A stretch of 64,000 nt of DNA from contig CAVPAN010000007.1 in assembly GCA_963701565.1 (NCBI GenBank), positions 25,362 to 89,361 on the forward strand. Reading direction: 5' to 3'. Positions 31,642 through 42,729 of the stretch are shown here, in pieces. The first letter of the stretch is position 1. The number at the start of each line of letters is the position of its first letter. Source of the stretch: an uncultured Microthrixaceae bacterium (GTDB lineage: Bacteria; Actinomycetota; Acidimicrobiia; Acidimicrobiales; DATDAH01). A program made the translations under genes and the position numbers. The notes under the pieces are model-generated. The model was not told where the DNA came from and did not search any database. It was given only the letters and a program-made list of their open reading frames with translations.

Positions 31642-32982
31642 ATGTCCCAGCCACCCGAACTCCTCGATCCCCAGGCGCTGGTGCGCGTGGACTTCGCCCT
31701 GGTCCGGCGGGGTTACAGCGCCGACCAGGTCGATTCCGTGCTGCAGCAGGCGGCGGCCGCGCTGGCCGCCGCGCAGCAGCGGATGGCCGAGCTGGCCGAC
31801 GAGGTGGAGGCCCTCCGTGAGCAGGAGCCGCCACCGGACGTCGCCGACCTGGATGACAACGAGCTGATGCTCCGCCTGGGCGAGAAGACCGCCCGGGTCC
31901 TCGAGGCGGCCCGCGAGAGTGCGGCCGAGCTCGAGCACAAGAGCCAGGAGCGGGCCACGGCCACGGTCAACCGGGCCAAGGAGGAGGCGCTCCGGGTCCG
32001 GTCCGAGGCCGAGCGGGTCATGCGCGAGACGCGGACCCGGTTGGAGGCCCTCGAGAAGGAGACCGACCGGAAGGTCCGCGAGCTGCGCCTCGCGGCCGAG
32101 GCCGACGCCGAGCGCCTGCGGACCCAGGCCGAGGAGGTGCTCCGTTCGTCGCGGGTCGACGCCCACGGCGTCGAGCAGGAGGCCACGAGCCGGGCCGAGT
32201 CCCTCACCCAGGAGGCCACCGAGAACGCCGCCCGGGCCCGGGCCAAGGTCGAGGCCCTGCTGACCACCACCCGGACCCAGGTCGAGTCGACCCGGGCCAC
32301 CGCGGAGGAGGACGCCGCCCGGCTGCGTCACGAGGCCGAGGCCGAGGCCGACGCGCGGCTGGCCCAGATCGCGGACACGGTGGCGGGGAAGGTGGGCGAG
32401 GCGGAGGCCCGCGCCGAACGCATCGCCGCGCAGGCGGAGGCGGCCTACGAGGAGCGGGTCGCCCTCGGTCGGGAGCGCGGACGAGAGCTGATCGCCGAGG
32501 CCGAGCTGAAGCGAGCCGAGGTCCTGCGCCAGCTGGCCCGGACCCGGCAGCGGGCCCAGCTCAACCTCGAGCAGCTCCGGGTCGGCCGGGAGCGCCTGCT
32601 CACCGCGTACGAGGTGGCCCGGGCCACCATCGACCAGGCCACCGGGGAACTGGACGTCGCCCTGCCCGAGGCCAAGGCTCTGGCCGAGCGTCTGACGGCC
32701 CGCGTCGGCGACGACGCGGCCCGCTCGCTGCAGGAGCTGGAGGCCGAGTTCGAGCTGGAGCGCCTCGAGGACCTGCGCATCCTGGCCGACGACGACCCTG
32801 GGGCCCGGGTCCCGCCGCGGCCCCGGGCCGAGGGGGTGGCGGCGGTCGAGGGCGAGGTCGAGGTCGAGGTCGAGGACCAGTGCCCGAATCCGCCCCGCCG
32901 CCGAAGGTGTTCGACAGGGAGGCCGCCGAAGCGGAGGCTGACGCCGAGGCGGTGGTCACGGGCCCCGGACCGACGCCGGTGA
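31642..32982 (+). CDS. DivIVA-domain coiled-coil protein (3' end uncertain)
   Basis: The N-terminus VRVDFALVRRGYSADQVDSVLQQAAAALAAAQQRMAELADEVEALRE matches the DivIVA N-terminal pattern. About 350 aa of Ala/Glu/Arg-rich coiled coil follow. The tail may continue by frameshift into ORF 32880..33110. Confidence 0.7.
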   Translation: MSQPPELLDPQALVRVDFALVRRGYSADQVDSVLQQAAAALAAAQQRMAELADEVEALREQEPPPDVADLDDNELMLRLGEKTARVLEAARESAAELEHKSQERATATVNRAKEEALRVRSEAERVMRETRTRLEALEKETDRKVRELRLAAEADAERLRTQAEEVLRSSRVDAHGVEQEATSRAESLTQEATENAARARAKVEALLTTTRTQVESTRATAEEDAARLRHEAEAEADARLAQIADTVAGKVGEAEARAERIAAQAEAAYEERVALGRERGRELIAEAELKRAEVLRQLARTRQRAQLNLEQLRVGRERLLTAYEVARATIDQATGELDVALPEAKALAERLTARVGDDAARSLQELEAEFELERLEDLRILADDDPGARVPPRPRAEGVAAVEGEVEVEVEDQCPNPPRRRRCSTGRPPKRRLTPRRWSRAPDRRR

Positions 32983-33171
32983 CCGACGGCTCGGAGGACG
33001 AGGTGATCGACCTCACCGACGCGTCGGTCGACCGAAGTCGACGAGCCGGCCGAGGACCCCGCGCCGACCGTGCCCTGACAGGATCCTCAGAGATCGTTGT
33101 GGTGAGCTGAGCCAGACGCCGACGAGGGCCCGCCACGGACCGGACGGGTTGCTCCGGTACATTCCGGGGTC

Positions 33172-35255
33172 TTGCGGACTGCACTCCGACTGCTCGTGGT
33201 GCTGGCCCTCGGAGCCGGCGGACTGGCCCTGGCCACGGTGGCGATCGCGCCCCAGGTCGGGGAGTTCTTCACCGCGGGCTCGGTCGGAGCCCCGGAGGTC
33301 AACCTCCGGCCGCTGGCCGAGCGCTCGATCGCCTACGCCGACAACGGTTCGGTCCTGGCCACGTTCCACGCGGCCGAGAACCGCCAGGAGGTGCCGCTGC
33401 GGCGCATCCCCCGGACGGTGCGACGGACGATCCTGGCCGTCGAGGACGAGGACTTCTTCCAGCACAACGGCGTGAACCTGCGGGCCACGTTGCGGGCCCT
33501 GTTCGAGAACGTCAGCTCGGGTGGCATCGAGCAGGGCGGCTCGACCATCACCCAGCAGCTGGTGAAGCTCTCGCTGCTGTCGCCCCGCCAGGACCTCAAC
33601 CGCAAGGCCCGGGAGGCCATCCTCGCCATCGAGCTCGAGAAGACGATGAGCAAGCAGGAGATCCTCGAGCGGTACCTGAACCAGGTGTACTTCGGGGGCG
33701 GCGCCTACGGGGTGCAGGCCGCGGCCGAGCTCTACTGGGGCCAGAACGTCGAGGATCTCGACTGGGGCCAGGCGGCCCTGCTGGCCAGCCTCATCCAGAA
33801 CCCGGTCGCCTACGACCCCGTCCTCGAGCCCGAGATGGCCCGCGAGCGGCGGCGGGTCGCCCTCGACCTGCTCGTCGAGCTCGGCTACATCACCCAGGAG
33901 GAGGCGGACTTCTACGACGTCGCCCCCCTGCCCGAGGCCCGCATCGACGTCCTCCCCGAGCCCAACGACTACTTCGTCGAGGTGGTCAAGCAGCAGCTCC
34001 TGTACATGGAGGAGCTCGGCGCGACGCCGGCGGAGCGCTACAACGCCGTCTTCAAGGGCGGCCTGCGGATCGAGACCACCTTCAGCCCCGAGGCCCAGTT
34101 CCTCGCCCTGTCGGCCCGCAACAACGTCCTGCCCGACACCGGCGGGCAGTTCACCGCGGCGATGGCCGCGGTCACGCCGCAGACGGGCGCCGTCCGGGCG
34201 ATGGTCGGCGGCCCCGGCTTCGACAAGTACCGGTACGACCTGGCCACCCAGGGGCCCCGTCAGCCGGGGTCGTCGTTCAAGATCTTCGTGCTCGCCGCGG
34301 CGCTCGAGCCGGGCTGGTCCCCGACGACATCCTCGACGGCACCGGGCCCTGCACGTTCCCCAACCCGGGCGGCTACCCGGACCCCTACGTGGCCAACAAC
34401 TTCGGCGACAGCGGGGGCAGCAACGGGACCATCACCTCCAGCACCACGTCCTCGTCGAACTGCGGGTTCCTGCGCCTGGGCCAGTTCGTCGGCCTCGACC
34501 AGGTGGTCGAGACGGCCCGGGCCATGGGGATCACGACCGAGCTCGACGCCCGGAACCTCTCGCTGCCGATCGGCACCGAGGAGGTCCACCCCATCGACAT
34601 GGCGGGGGCGGCCGCGGTGCTGGCCAACGGCGGGGTCCGCAACGAGCCCTACTTCATCGAGCGCGTGACGGACCGGGACGGCAACGTCATCTACCAGCAC
34701 GACGCCCCGGGCCGACAGGTCGTGTCCCAGCAGACGGCCTGTCTGGCCACCCAGGTCCTCGAGGCCAACGTCCAGGGCGGCACCGGCACCGCGGCCGCGC
34801 TGCCGAACATGGCGGCGGCGGGCAAGACGGGCACGGCGCAGAACTTCGGGGACGCCTGGTTCGTGGGCTACACGCCCTTCCTGGCCACCGCGGTGTGGAT
34901 GGGCAATGCCGAGGCCCGGGTGCCGATGACCAGCGTGGGCGGGATCTCCGTCACCGGTGGCTCCTACCCGGCGGAGATCTGGCAGGACTTCAACGAGCCG
35001 GCCCACAACGGGCTGACCTACACGGGCTTCCCGACCTGCAGCCCCACTCGGTCGGGTCGCAGCCTGGCCGACTTCTTCGATCCCGACCCGGAGGTCAACA
35101 CGACCGACAGCCTGCCCCCGACACCGCTCCACCGGCCGTCACCTGCCCGGCCGGCTACCTGCCGGGCGACCTGAACGGTGACGGCATCGCCGAGAGCTGT
35201 GTCGCCGTGGCCACCCCCACGACGGCGGCCGCCGCCGCCGCCGAGCACGCCGTGA
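33172..35255 (+). CDS. Class A penicillin-binding protein (transglycosylase + transpeptidase), at least 2 frameshifts
   Basis: The GT51 motifs AVEDEDFFQHNGV and GGSTITQQLVK, plus the SxxK motif GSSFKIF, are in ORF 33172..34668. SSN and KTGTAQNFGDAWFVGY are in ORF 34389..35174. The 3' end is either 35174 or TGA 35253-35255, which overlaps the next GTG. Confidence 0.85.
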
Positions 35256-35997
35256 GCGACGCCGACCTGCCCGAGGAGCCGCGGTCGTCCCTCGAGCGGC
35301 TACTGGCCATCCAGGAGCAGGACACGGCGGTGGACCAGCTCGCTGCACCGGCGCGACCACCTGCCCGAGCGCGCCGCCCTGGTCGAGCACGAGGGCCGGG
35401 TGTCGGCCGTCGAAGCCGAGCGGTCGAGCCGCGAGGAGCGACGTGAGGAGCTGGCGGCGACCATCGCCCGGCTGCAGACCGACGTCGGCGCGTTCGAGGC
35501 CCGGATCGCCGAGGTCACCCGGACCATGCACTCGGGGGCGGTGACCGTGCCCCGCGAGCTGCAGGCGCTGCAGCACGAGCAGGAGTCCCTGCGGCGGCGC
35601 CAGGACCACCTCGAGACCGAGGAGCTCGAGATCATGGAGGAGCTCGATCCCCTCACCGAGGAGGTGGCGGGCCTCGACGGGCGGCTCGAGGAGCTGGCCG
35701 CGGAGGGCGAGCGGCTGGCCGAGGCCCTCCTGCAGGCCGAGGTCGACCTGGAGGAGGAGCTGACCGCGGTGACGCGGCCGTCGGGCGGCTGCCGCCGATG
35801 GCGTCGACGCCGAGCTGCTGGCCACCTACGAGGGTCTCCGGGGCGAGCTCGGCGGCATCGCCGTGGCCCGGCTGGTCGGCTCGGTGTGCGGTGGCTGTCA
35901 CCTGGGCCTCTCGGCCGTCGAGGTCGACCGCATCAAGAAGCAGCCGCCCGACGCGCTCGTCCGCTGCGACGAGTGCGGCCGCCTGCTCGTCCGCTGA
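35252..35997 (+). CDS. Zinc-ribbon coiled-coil protein (COG1579/DUF164-like), at least 2 frameshifts
   Basis: The reading SLERLLAIQEQDTAVDQL...VPRELQALQHEQESLRRRQDHLETEELEIMEEL... ends in another frame with IDAELLATYEGLRGELGGIAVARLVGSVCGGCHLGLSAVEVDRIKKQPPDALVRCDECGRLLVR*. Confidence 0.6.
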
Positions 35998-36010
35998 AGG
36001 CCCGGCGCCG

Positions 36011-36496
36011 GTGCTCCTCTGGTTCGCCGGGCTGGCCTGGCTCCTGGTCTGGCGGGTGTTCCGCAGCCCGGCCGTGGACTACCGCCTCGTCGTCCTCGGT
36101 GCCTGCCTACCCTCCCTCGACCTGCTGATCGGCCGTCCCACGCCGCTGCACACGGTGACCGCGGCGGTCGTCGTGCTGGCGTTGGTGCATGGTCGTGGCC
36201 CGGGGCCGCCGCCTGGCCCAGCGGCAGCTGCTCGAGCATCCCCATCGGCATGTTCGCCCATCTCGTCCTCGACGCGACCTGGGCCGACACGGAGCTCTTC
36301 TGGTGGCCCGTGAGCGGCGCGGACCTCGGCGCCCTGGAGGTGCCGGAGGTGTCCTGGCCGTTCGCCGCTGGTCCTGGTCCTCGAGCTCATCGGCTCGGTG
36401 GTCCTGGTGGGGCTGTGGGTCCGGCTGGGGCTGACCGACCGGGAGAACGGCGAGCGCTTCCGACGCACCGGCCACCTGGCCCGGGACCTGGCGTGA
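36011..36496 (+). CDS. Hypothetical integral membrane protein (several frameshifts)
   Basis: The pieces are VLLWFAGLAWLLVWRVF...LLIGRPTPLHTVTAAVVVLAL / GMFAHLVLDATWADTELFWWPV / LVLELIGSVVLVGLWVRLGLTDRENGERF...*. The TGA overlaps the GTG of the next gene. Confidence 0.35.
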
Positions 36497-37169
36497 GCGC
36501 CGGTGGCGAGATCATCGTGGTCCGCCACGGCCGGACGGCGGCCAACGCCGGCGGGCTGCTGCTGGGCCGCCTCGACGTCCCCCTCGACGACCTCGGCCGG
36601 GCCCAGGCGGCGGCGGTGGCCGCGGCGCTGCCCACCCCGGACCTGGTGTCGCCAGCCCGCTGCTCCGGACCCGGGAGACCGCCGAGGCCTTCGGGCGTGC
36701 CCGTCGAGGTCGACGAGGCCTGGATCGAGCTCGACTACGGCGAGTGGGACGGCCGCCCGCTGGACGAGGTGCCCGGCGGCGGCCTGGGCCGCCTGGCGGG
36801 CCGACAACGACTTCGCCCCGCCCGGCGGCGAGTCCCTCGGCCGGCTCACGGCTCGGGTGCACGAGGCGCTCGACGACCTGGTCGGCCCGCCTCGACGGAC
36901 GCCGGGTGGTCGTGGTCAGCCACGTGTCGCCGGTCAAGGCGGCGGTCGGCTGGGCCCTGGACGTGGGCCCGGAGGTGGCCTGGCGGACCTTCGTCGCCCC
37001 GGGCTCGATCACCCGGCTCGGCGTCGGGCCGACGGGGCCGGTCCTGCGGGGCTTCAACGAGACGGCGCACCTGCCCGCCGATCTGACCACGGGAGCGACG
37101 GGTCAGTCCTCGGTCCGGCGGGCCCGGCTGGGGGCGACCCGGGGCGGCTCGTTGGGCTGCTTGGGGTAG
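36493..37169 (+). CDS. Histidine phosphatase (phosphoglycerate-mutase family), at least 3 frameshifts, 3' end uncertain
   Basis: The reading is VSAGGEIIVVRHGRTAANAGGLLLGRLDVPLDDLG...WIELDYGEWDGRPLDEVP...PPGGESL...RVVVVSHVSPVKAAVGWAL...GFNETAHL. Confidence 0.7.
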
Positions 37170-38131
37170 ACGGGGGGCCACGGGGCGTCCATGAGCCCGG
37201 CCGCCATGTCGGCCTCGTGCAGGGCGAGCAGCGGTTCGAGGGACTGGGGACGGTCGGGCATGTCGGCCCAGGGATCGCCCCGTTCGGCGAGCGCGGGCGG
37301 GGACCGTGGCGATGGTGAGCTCGTCGGGCTCGACGGTGGCCACGTCGTCCCACGCCAACGGGGTGGAGACCTGGCCCCCGACGCGGGACCGGGCCGACCA
37401 GGCGCTGAACACCGTCTTGTGCGGGGCGTTCTGGTTGAAGTCGATGAACACCCGCCGGCCCCGCTCCTCCTTCCACCACGCCGCGGTGATCAGGTCGGGC
37501 CGCCGACGTTCGAGCTCTCGGGCGACGGCCACCGCGCCGGCCCGGACGTCGTAGCTGTCCCAGCGGGGCAGGAGCCGGGCGTAGATGTGGAGCCCCCGGT
37601 TGCCGGTCGTCTTCGGGTGGGCCTCGACGCCGAGCTCGTCGAAGAGGGCCTTCACCTCGGCGGCGGCCTCGCGGATCTGGTCGAAGGTGACGCCGGGCTG
37701 GGGGTCGAGGTCGATGCGCAGCTCGTCGGCGTGGTCGGGGTCGACGCCGGGTGTAGGGCCAGGTGTGGAAGCCGAGGCAGCCCATGTTCACCGCCCAGAG
37801 GATGTGGGCCAGGTCCTGGGCCACCAGCGCGTTGGAGGTGGTGCCGTTGGGCGTGCTGACCACCATGGTGGACAGCCAGTCGGGGGCGCCCGCCGGCACC
37901 CGCTTCTGGAAGAAGGACTTGCCGCGCGGCGCCGTCGGGGAACCGCTGCAGCAGGGTCGGGCGACCGACCATGGTCCGCATCAGGGGCTCGGCGACCGCC
38001 TGGTAGTAGGCGACGAGGTCGGCCTTGGTCTCACCCCGTTCGGGGAAGAAGACCTTGTCCGGGCTGGTGATCCGCACCGTGTGGCCGGCCACCTCGAGCT
38101 CGACCACCTCCTTGCCGCCATGGCGGTTCAC
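37103..38131 (-). CDS. Stand-alone LigD-type primase-polymerase (NHEJ polymerase domain), at least 4 frameshifts
   Basis: The GTG at 38131 gives VNRHGGKEVVELEVAGHTVRITSPDKVFFPERGETKADLVAYYQAVAEPLM...NALVAQDLAHILWAVNMGCLGFH...DELRIDLDPQPG...HPKTTGNRGLHIYARL...RVFIDFNQNAPHKTVFSAWSARSR...VSTPLAWDDV. The stop is at 37103-37105. Confidence 0.7.
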
Positions 38132-38147
38132 CGTACCGGTCGCCCGA

Positions 38148-39599
38148 TCAGCAGGTCTGGCCCTCGGGGGCGACGGGGACCTCGCCGGCCACGGTCGTGG
38201 TGGGCAGGTCGGGCAGGGTCGTGGTCGGGCGTGGAATCGAGGCGGGGCCGTGGTCGCCGTCGACGGCGGGACCAGGGTGGTCTTGACCCCGGCGTAGTCG
38301 AAGCCGGTGACGACCACGACGTCGGCGGCGTAGGTGTCGGGCACCTGCTCGAGGCGGGCGCCGGCCTCGAGCTGGCTGGCCACGAACTGGGCCGTGGCCT
38401 CCTGGCCGGGCATGTAGCGCACGACGGTCTCGGCGAAGTCGAAGCGCTCGGCGTCGCCGGTGCCGGGCGACGTGTCGAAGCCGAGCGAGCCCAGGCCGTC
38501 GGACACCTCGGTGGCCTGCCCGGAGGTGCCGGTCCCGTTCTGCACCAGCACGGCGACACGAGGCGGCATCGGCTGCCCCGACGCCGGCGTCGGGCTCGGC
38601 CACGCCGCGGAAGATGTTCAGCCGGGCCTCGTTCTCGTCGTTGTCGACCAGGCGCAGGATGCTCTGCTCGCCGACGAAGTCGAAGTAGGTGTCGAGCGAC
38701 ATGGTCCGCAGCTGGTCGGGGGAGAAGCTGCGGAAGCGCTCGCCCAGGGTGATCAGGTCGTCGACGGACAGGCTCTCGTCGATCGAGACGCTGCCCAGGC
38801 CGGCGTTGATCAGGGCGTTGAGGGTCAGCGGGTTGCGGATGCCCTTGTCGATGGCCCGTTGGATGGCGGCCCGGATGAAGGCCTGCTGACGGGAGATCCG
38901 CCCGAGGTCGCCGGTGCCGTCGGTCTCCCAGACGCCGTCCGCCACCTCGAACTCGAGGTGACGGGAGCGGGCGAAGGCCAGGGCCTGGTCGGCGGAGAGG
39001 GTGATGCAGCCGGTGCGGGTGATGTTCAGTCCGGTCTGGCTGTCCCGCAGGCGCTTGTCGAAGTACATCGGGACGCCGTCGACCGCTTCGACCAGCTCCT
39101 GGAAGCCGAGGAAGTCGACCTCGACGTAGTGGTTGATCGGGATGCCGAAGTTCTCCTCGATGGTCGCGATGAGCGAGTCGCGGCCCGCGGCGAGGGCGGC
39201 GTTGATCTTGGCCTCGCCCCAGTTGGGGATGGTGACCCAGAGGTCACGGGGGAACGACAGGATCTGGGCCTGGGTCTCGTCGGGGTCGACCCGCAGGACC
39301 ATGATCGTGTCCGAGAGCACGCCCTGGTCGACGCGGGCCGCGGGGTCGCTCTCGTCGAGGCGCTCGGCGCTGTCGGTGCCGACCAGGAGGTAGTTCTGGG
39401 GCTCGCCCGGGTCGGCCGGCTCGTCTTCGAGGATGTCGGTGCCGAGGTCGAGGCGCTGGACCTGGTCGAGCTTGTCGTTGGCGTAGCCCAGGGTGGCGGC
39501 CAGCCCCAGGGTGAGGACGACCATGCCGATGTTGAAGGTGATCAGCAGGCGTTGCGGCCACGTCCGCCGTAGCCGCTGCCCTTCCGCGTCCCGTGCCAC
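38148..39599 (-). CDS. LytR-CpsA-Psr (LCP) family protein with LytR_C domain (two frameshifts)
   Basis: ORF 38148..39599 reads NYLLVGTDSAERL...SDTIMVLRVDPDETQAQILSFPRDLWVTIPNWGEAKINAA...INHYVEVDFLGFQELVEAVDGVPMYF. The LytR_C part VAVLVQNGTGTSGQATEVSDGLGSLGF...VVVVTGFDYAG lies in another frame (ORF 37652..38569). The reading then returns to the first frame for the tail. Confidence 0.8.
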   Translation of the reverse strand: MARDAEGQRLRRTWPQRLLITFNIGMVVLTLGLAATLGYANDKLDQVQRLDLGTDILEDEPADPGEPQNYLLVGTDSAERLDESDPAARVDQGVLSDTIMVLRVDPDETQAQILSFPRDLWVTIPNWGEAKINAALAAGRDSLIATIEENFGIPINHYVEVDFLGFQELVEAVDGVPMYFDKRLRDSQTGLNITRTGCITLSADQALAFARSRHLEFEVADGVWETDGTGDLGRISRQQAFIRAAIQRAIDKGIRNPLTLNALINAGLGSVSIDESLSVDDLITLGERFRSFSPDQLRTMSLDTYFDFVGEQSILRLVDNDENEARLNIFRGVAEPDAGVGAADAASCRRAGAERDRHLRAGHRGVRRPGLARLRHVARHRRRRALRLRRDRRALHARPGGHGPVRGQPARGRRPPRAGARHLRRRRRGRHRLRLRRGQDHPGPAVDGDHGPASIPRPTTTLPDLPTTTVAGEVPVAPEGQTC

Positions 39600-39631
39600 C
39601 GCTGGAGGCTACCGATCGACAGGGCCGAGAA

Positions 39632-40837
39632 TCAGTCAGGCAGCATCGGGACACTGAAGCCGGTGGTCCGGCCGAGCAGGACGGCCCGGCTGATCGCGCC
39701 GTGGCCGAAGCGCTCGTGCACGTCGTCGAGCACGGCGTCGAGGGCACTGCCACTGTGCCGGTCGAAGGGCAGCGTGAGCTGGACGGCGCCGCGGTCGTCC
39801 AGGTTGCCGATGGCCACGCCGACCAGGGTCAGGCCGCCCCGCTCGCGGATGAGCGGGCCGGCCTCCCGCAGGAGGTCCCGGACGGTGGCCAGGATCGTCG
39901 GGGTGTGGGCCGTGGCCCGGTCGAGGCTGTGGGCCCGGGTGGCCCGGGTGAAGTCGTCGAAGCGGAGGCGGAGCGTCACGGTGCGCCCGACCCGCTCGGC
40001 CCGGCGCATCCGCCGGGTGACCCGGTCGACGATGGCCACGAGGGTGGCGTCGATGTCCGCCGCCGACTTGGGCCGCCGGCCCAGGGCGCACTGGGACCCG
40101 ATCGATCGTCGCCGACGGCCCCACCTCGACCCGTCGGGGGTCCCGGTTGTGGGCCAGGGCGTGCAGGTGGTGGCCCGACGCCCGCCCGAGCATGGCGGTC
40201 AGGTTGTCCTCCTCGACCCGGGCCATGTCGCCCACGGTGCGGATGCCCTCGCTGGTGCAGCTTGGCCGCGGTGACCGGCCCGACGCCCCAGAGGCGTTCG
40301 ACCGGCAGCGGGTGCAGAAACGCCATCTCCCGGTCCGGGGGAACGACGAGGAGGCCGTCGGGCTTGCCGACGCGCGCTGGCCACCTTGGCCAGGAACTTC
40401 GTCCGGGCCACCCCGACGGTGATCGCCAGGCCGACCCGCTCGCGGACCGCCTGCCGCAGGCTGACGGCGATCTCCACGGGTGTTCCCGAGACGCGCCCGA
40501 GGCCTCCCACGTCGAGGAACGCCTCGTCGATCGACAGCCCCTCGACCAGTGGGGTGGTGTCGTCGAAGACGGCGAACACGGCCCGGCTGGCCGCCGTGTA
40601 GGCCTCCATGCGGGGCCGCACGACCACGGCGCCGGGGCAGAGGCGTCGGGCCTGGGCCCCGCCCATCGCCGTGCGCACCCCGAACGCCTTGGCCTCGTAG
40701 CTGGCGGCCAGGACCACCCCGCCGCCGACGATCACCGGCCGCCCCCGCAGCCGCGGGTCGTCCCGCTGCTCGACCGACGCGTAGAAGGCATCGAGGTCGG
40801 CGTGCAGGATCGTGGCTCGGGCCTCGGACACGAACAC
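39632..40837 (-). CDS. dinB: DNA polymerase IV (Y-family), at least 4 frameshifts
   Basis: The reading [30 protein letters not shown]...[14 protein letters not shown]...SIDEAFLDV...[15 protein letters not shown]...[17 protein letters not shown]...[16 protein letters not shown]... is spread across ORFs 40199..40837, 39976..40326 and 39632..40039. Confidence 0.85.
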
Positions 40838-40843
40838 ATGTTC
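40832..40843. promoter_or_regulatory. Candidate LexA (SOS) box overlapping the dinB start
   Basis: The sequence aCGAACACATGTTCCc has a perfect GAAC-N4-GTTC palindrome, matching the core of the actinobacterial SOS box TCGAAC-N4-GTTCGA. Confidence 0.4.
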
Positions 40844-40952
40844 CCACAGGAGCGGTGGATGGGAACAGAGGGACAGGAATCGCGCGCCGCCTGCGCAATC
40901 CCTCCAGCGTCCCGGTGCGTAGCAGAGGGGACGTCGACGAAGGGACCTGACG

Positions 40953-41462
40953 ATGAGGCGCTACTTCCTGGTGATCCTGGCGGCGGCCGGGCTCCTGCTG
41001 GCCGGCTGCGGGGACGATTCGTCCTCCGACGACGAGTCGTCGTCGGACACGACGGCTGCGGTCGTGGACGACGTCTACGGTTCGTCGGACACGACCGAGA
41101 CCACCGCCGCGCCGGCGGACACCGGTGCGGCCACGGTGGCCGTCGCCGAGATCGAGGGAGTAGGTGAGGCGCTCGTGGGCCCGGACGGCCGGACGTTGTA
41201 CCTGTTCGACCAGGACGACGGCCTCACCACCGCCTGCGCCGCCGCCTGCGCCGACACCTGGCCCCCGCTCGTCGCCGACGGCGATCCCGCGGTCGGTGAC
41301 GGCGTCGACGCCGCGCTCCTGGAGGTCGCCGACAGCGGCCAGGTCGCCTACAACGGCCATCTCCTCTACACCTTCTCCGGCGACACCGCCCCGGGTGACG
41401 CCAACGGCGTCGGGATCCCGTCTTGGTTCCCGGTGGACGCCGCGGGCAACGCTGTCAGCTGA
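40953..41462 (+). CDS. Lipoprotein with two Y-x-F-x-x-D repeats (COG4315/PF03640-like)
   Basis: This is an intact 169-aa ORF with lipobox LLLAGC. The repeats are [11 protein letters not shown]...[12 protein letters not shown] and [19 protein letters not shown]. Confidence 0.75.
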   Translation: MRRYFLVILAAAGLLLAGCGDDSSSDDESSSDTTAAVVDDVYGSSDTTETTAAPADTGAATVAVAEIEGVGEALVGPDGRTLYLFDQDDGLTTACAAACADTWPPLVADGDPAVGDGVDAALLEVADSGQVAYNGHLLYTFSGDTAPGDANGVGIPSWFPVDAAGNAVS

Positions 41463-41481
41463 GCGGCGTAGCGTTCGGGCC

Positions 41482-42041
41482 ATGTGGGATGCGTCAGACG
41501 AGGCGCTCCTCGCCGGCTACGCCACCGGCGATCCGACAGCGGAGGCGGCCTTCGTCCGACGCTTCCAGCGCCGGATCTACGGCCTCGCCGTCACCATGGT
41601 GGGCGAGGGCGAGGCGGCCGACGTGGCCCAGGAGGCCTTCGTGCGGGCGTGGCGCCACGCCGGGGCCTTCGACCCCCGGCGGGGTCGGTGGCCACGTGGC
41701 TCTCGACCATCACCCGGAACCTCGCTCTGGACCACCTGCGGGCCCGTCGGGCCCGCCCCGTCGATGCCGTTGACCCGGTCACCCTGGTGCTGACCGCGAC
41801 CACGCCCGGCCCCGATGACCGTGCGGTGCTGGGCGACGAGATGGGTCGAGCCGTCGCGGCGCTCCGGGCGCTCCCCGAGGACCAACGGCGGGCGCTGGTG
41901 CTCGCCGCTCTCGGGGGCCGTACCGCCCGGGAGATCGGGGAGATCGACGGCGTGCCGCTCGGGACCGCCAAGACCCGGATCCGAACCGCCCTGCCGCCGC
42001 GTCCGTGCGGCCCTGGCCGAGGACGGGCCCCCCGTGACTGA
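41482..42041 (+). CDS. ECF sigma factor (about 2 frameshifts)
   Basis: The reading is MWDASDEALLAGYATGDPTAEAAFVRRFQRRIYGLAVTMVGEGEAADVAQEAFVRAWRHAGAFDPRRG / SVATWLSTITRNLALDHLRARR...LPEDQRRALVLAALGGRTAREIGEIDGVPLGTAKTRIRTA. Confidence 0.7.
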
Positions 42042-42698
42042 CGACCCGGACCGCTGTGACGCCACCCGGGCGTTGGCCGTCGAGCTGGCCCTCGGAGTGG
42101 CTCGAGGGTGGCGACCGGGGTGAGGCGTTGGCCCATCTGGCCGAGTGCGCCGACTGTCGAGCCGAGGTCCTCCAGTTGGCCGAGGCCGTGGACGCCGTGG
42201 TGACCCTGGCGCCGGAGGCGGAGCCGCCTGCCGGCTTCGAGAGTGCCGTCATAGCCCGCATAGCGGAGGAGCGGGCCGACGGCGGTCGACGGCCCTGGCT
42301 CCTGGCGGTGGCCGCGGCCGTGCTGCTGGTGCTGGGCATCGGGGTGGGCCTGTCGGTCGCCCCAGACGGCGGCGGGGCGACCTCGTTGGCCACCGCCCGG
42401 ATGGAGAGCCCTGAGGGCGAGACGGTGGGCGAGGTATGGCGGACGGGCGAGACGGATGCCGCGGTGTTCGTGTCGGTCCCGGCCTGGGCCGGGATCGACA
42501 CCGTCGGGCCCGGATGCCCCCCGCTACGCCCTGCGCCTCGAGCTGGCGGGTGGCGACACGGTGGAGGTGGGGGACTTCGGCCTCGGCGACGGCGTGTCCT
42601 CCTGGGCCGTGCCGACCGACCTCGACGGCGAGGACATCCGGGCCGTGTCGGTAGTCGACGACACCGGCCGGGTCTGGTGCACCGGCCGCTTCGCCTGA
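42034..42698 (+). CDS. Anti-sigma factor (zf-HC2-like, single TM), about 2 frameshifts
   Basis: The reading is VTDDPDRCDATRALAVELALG... / LEGGDRGEALAHLAECADCRAEVLQL...RRPWLLAVAAAVLLVLGIGVGL... / ...YALRLELAGGDTVEVGDFG...VWCTGRFA*. Confidence 0.55.
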
Positions 42699-42729
42699 CC
42701 AGGTAGGTCCCACCGGGCAGGATGGCGTC

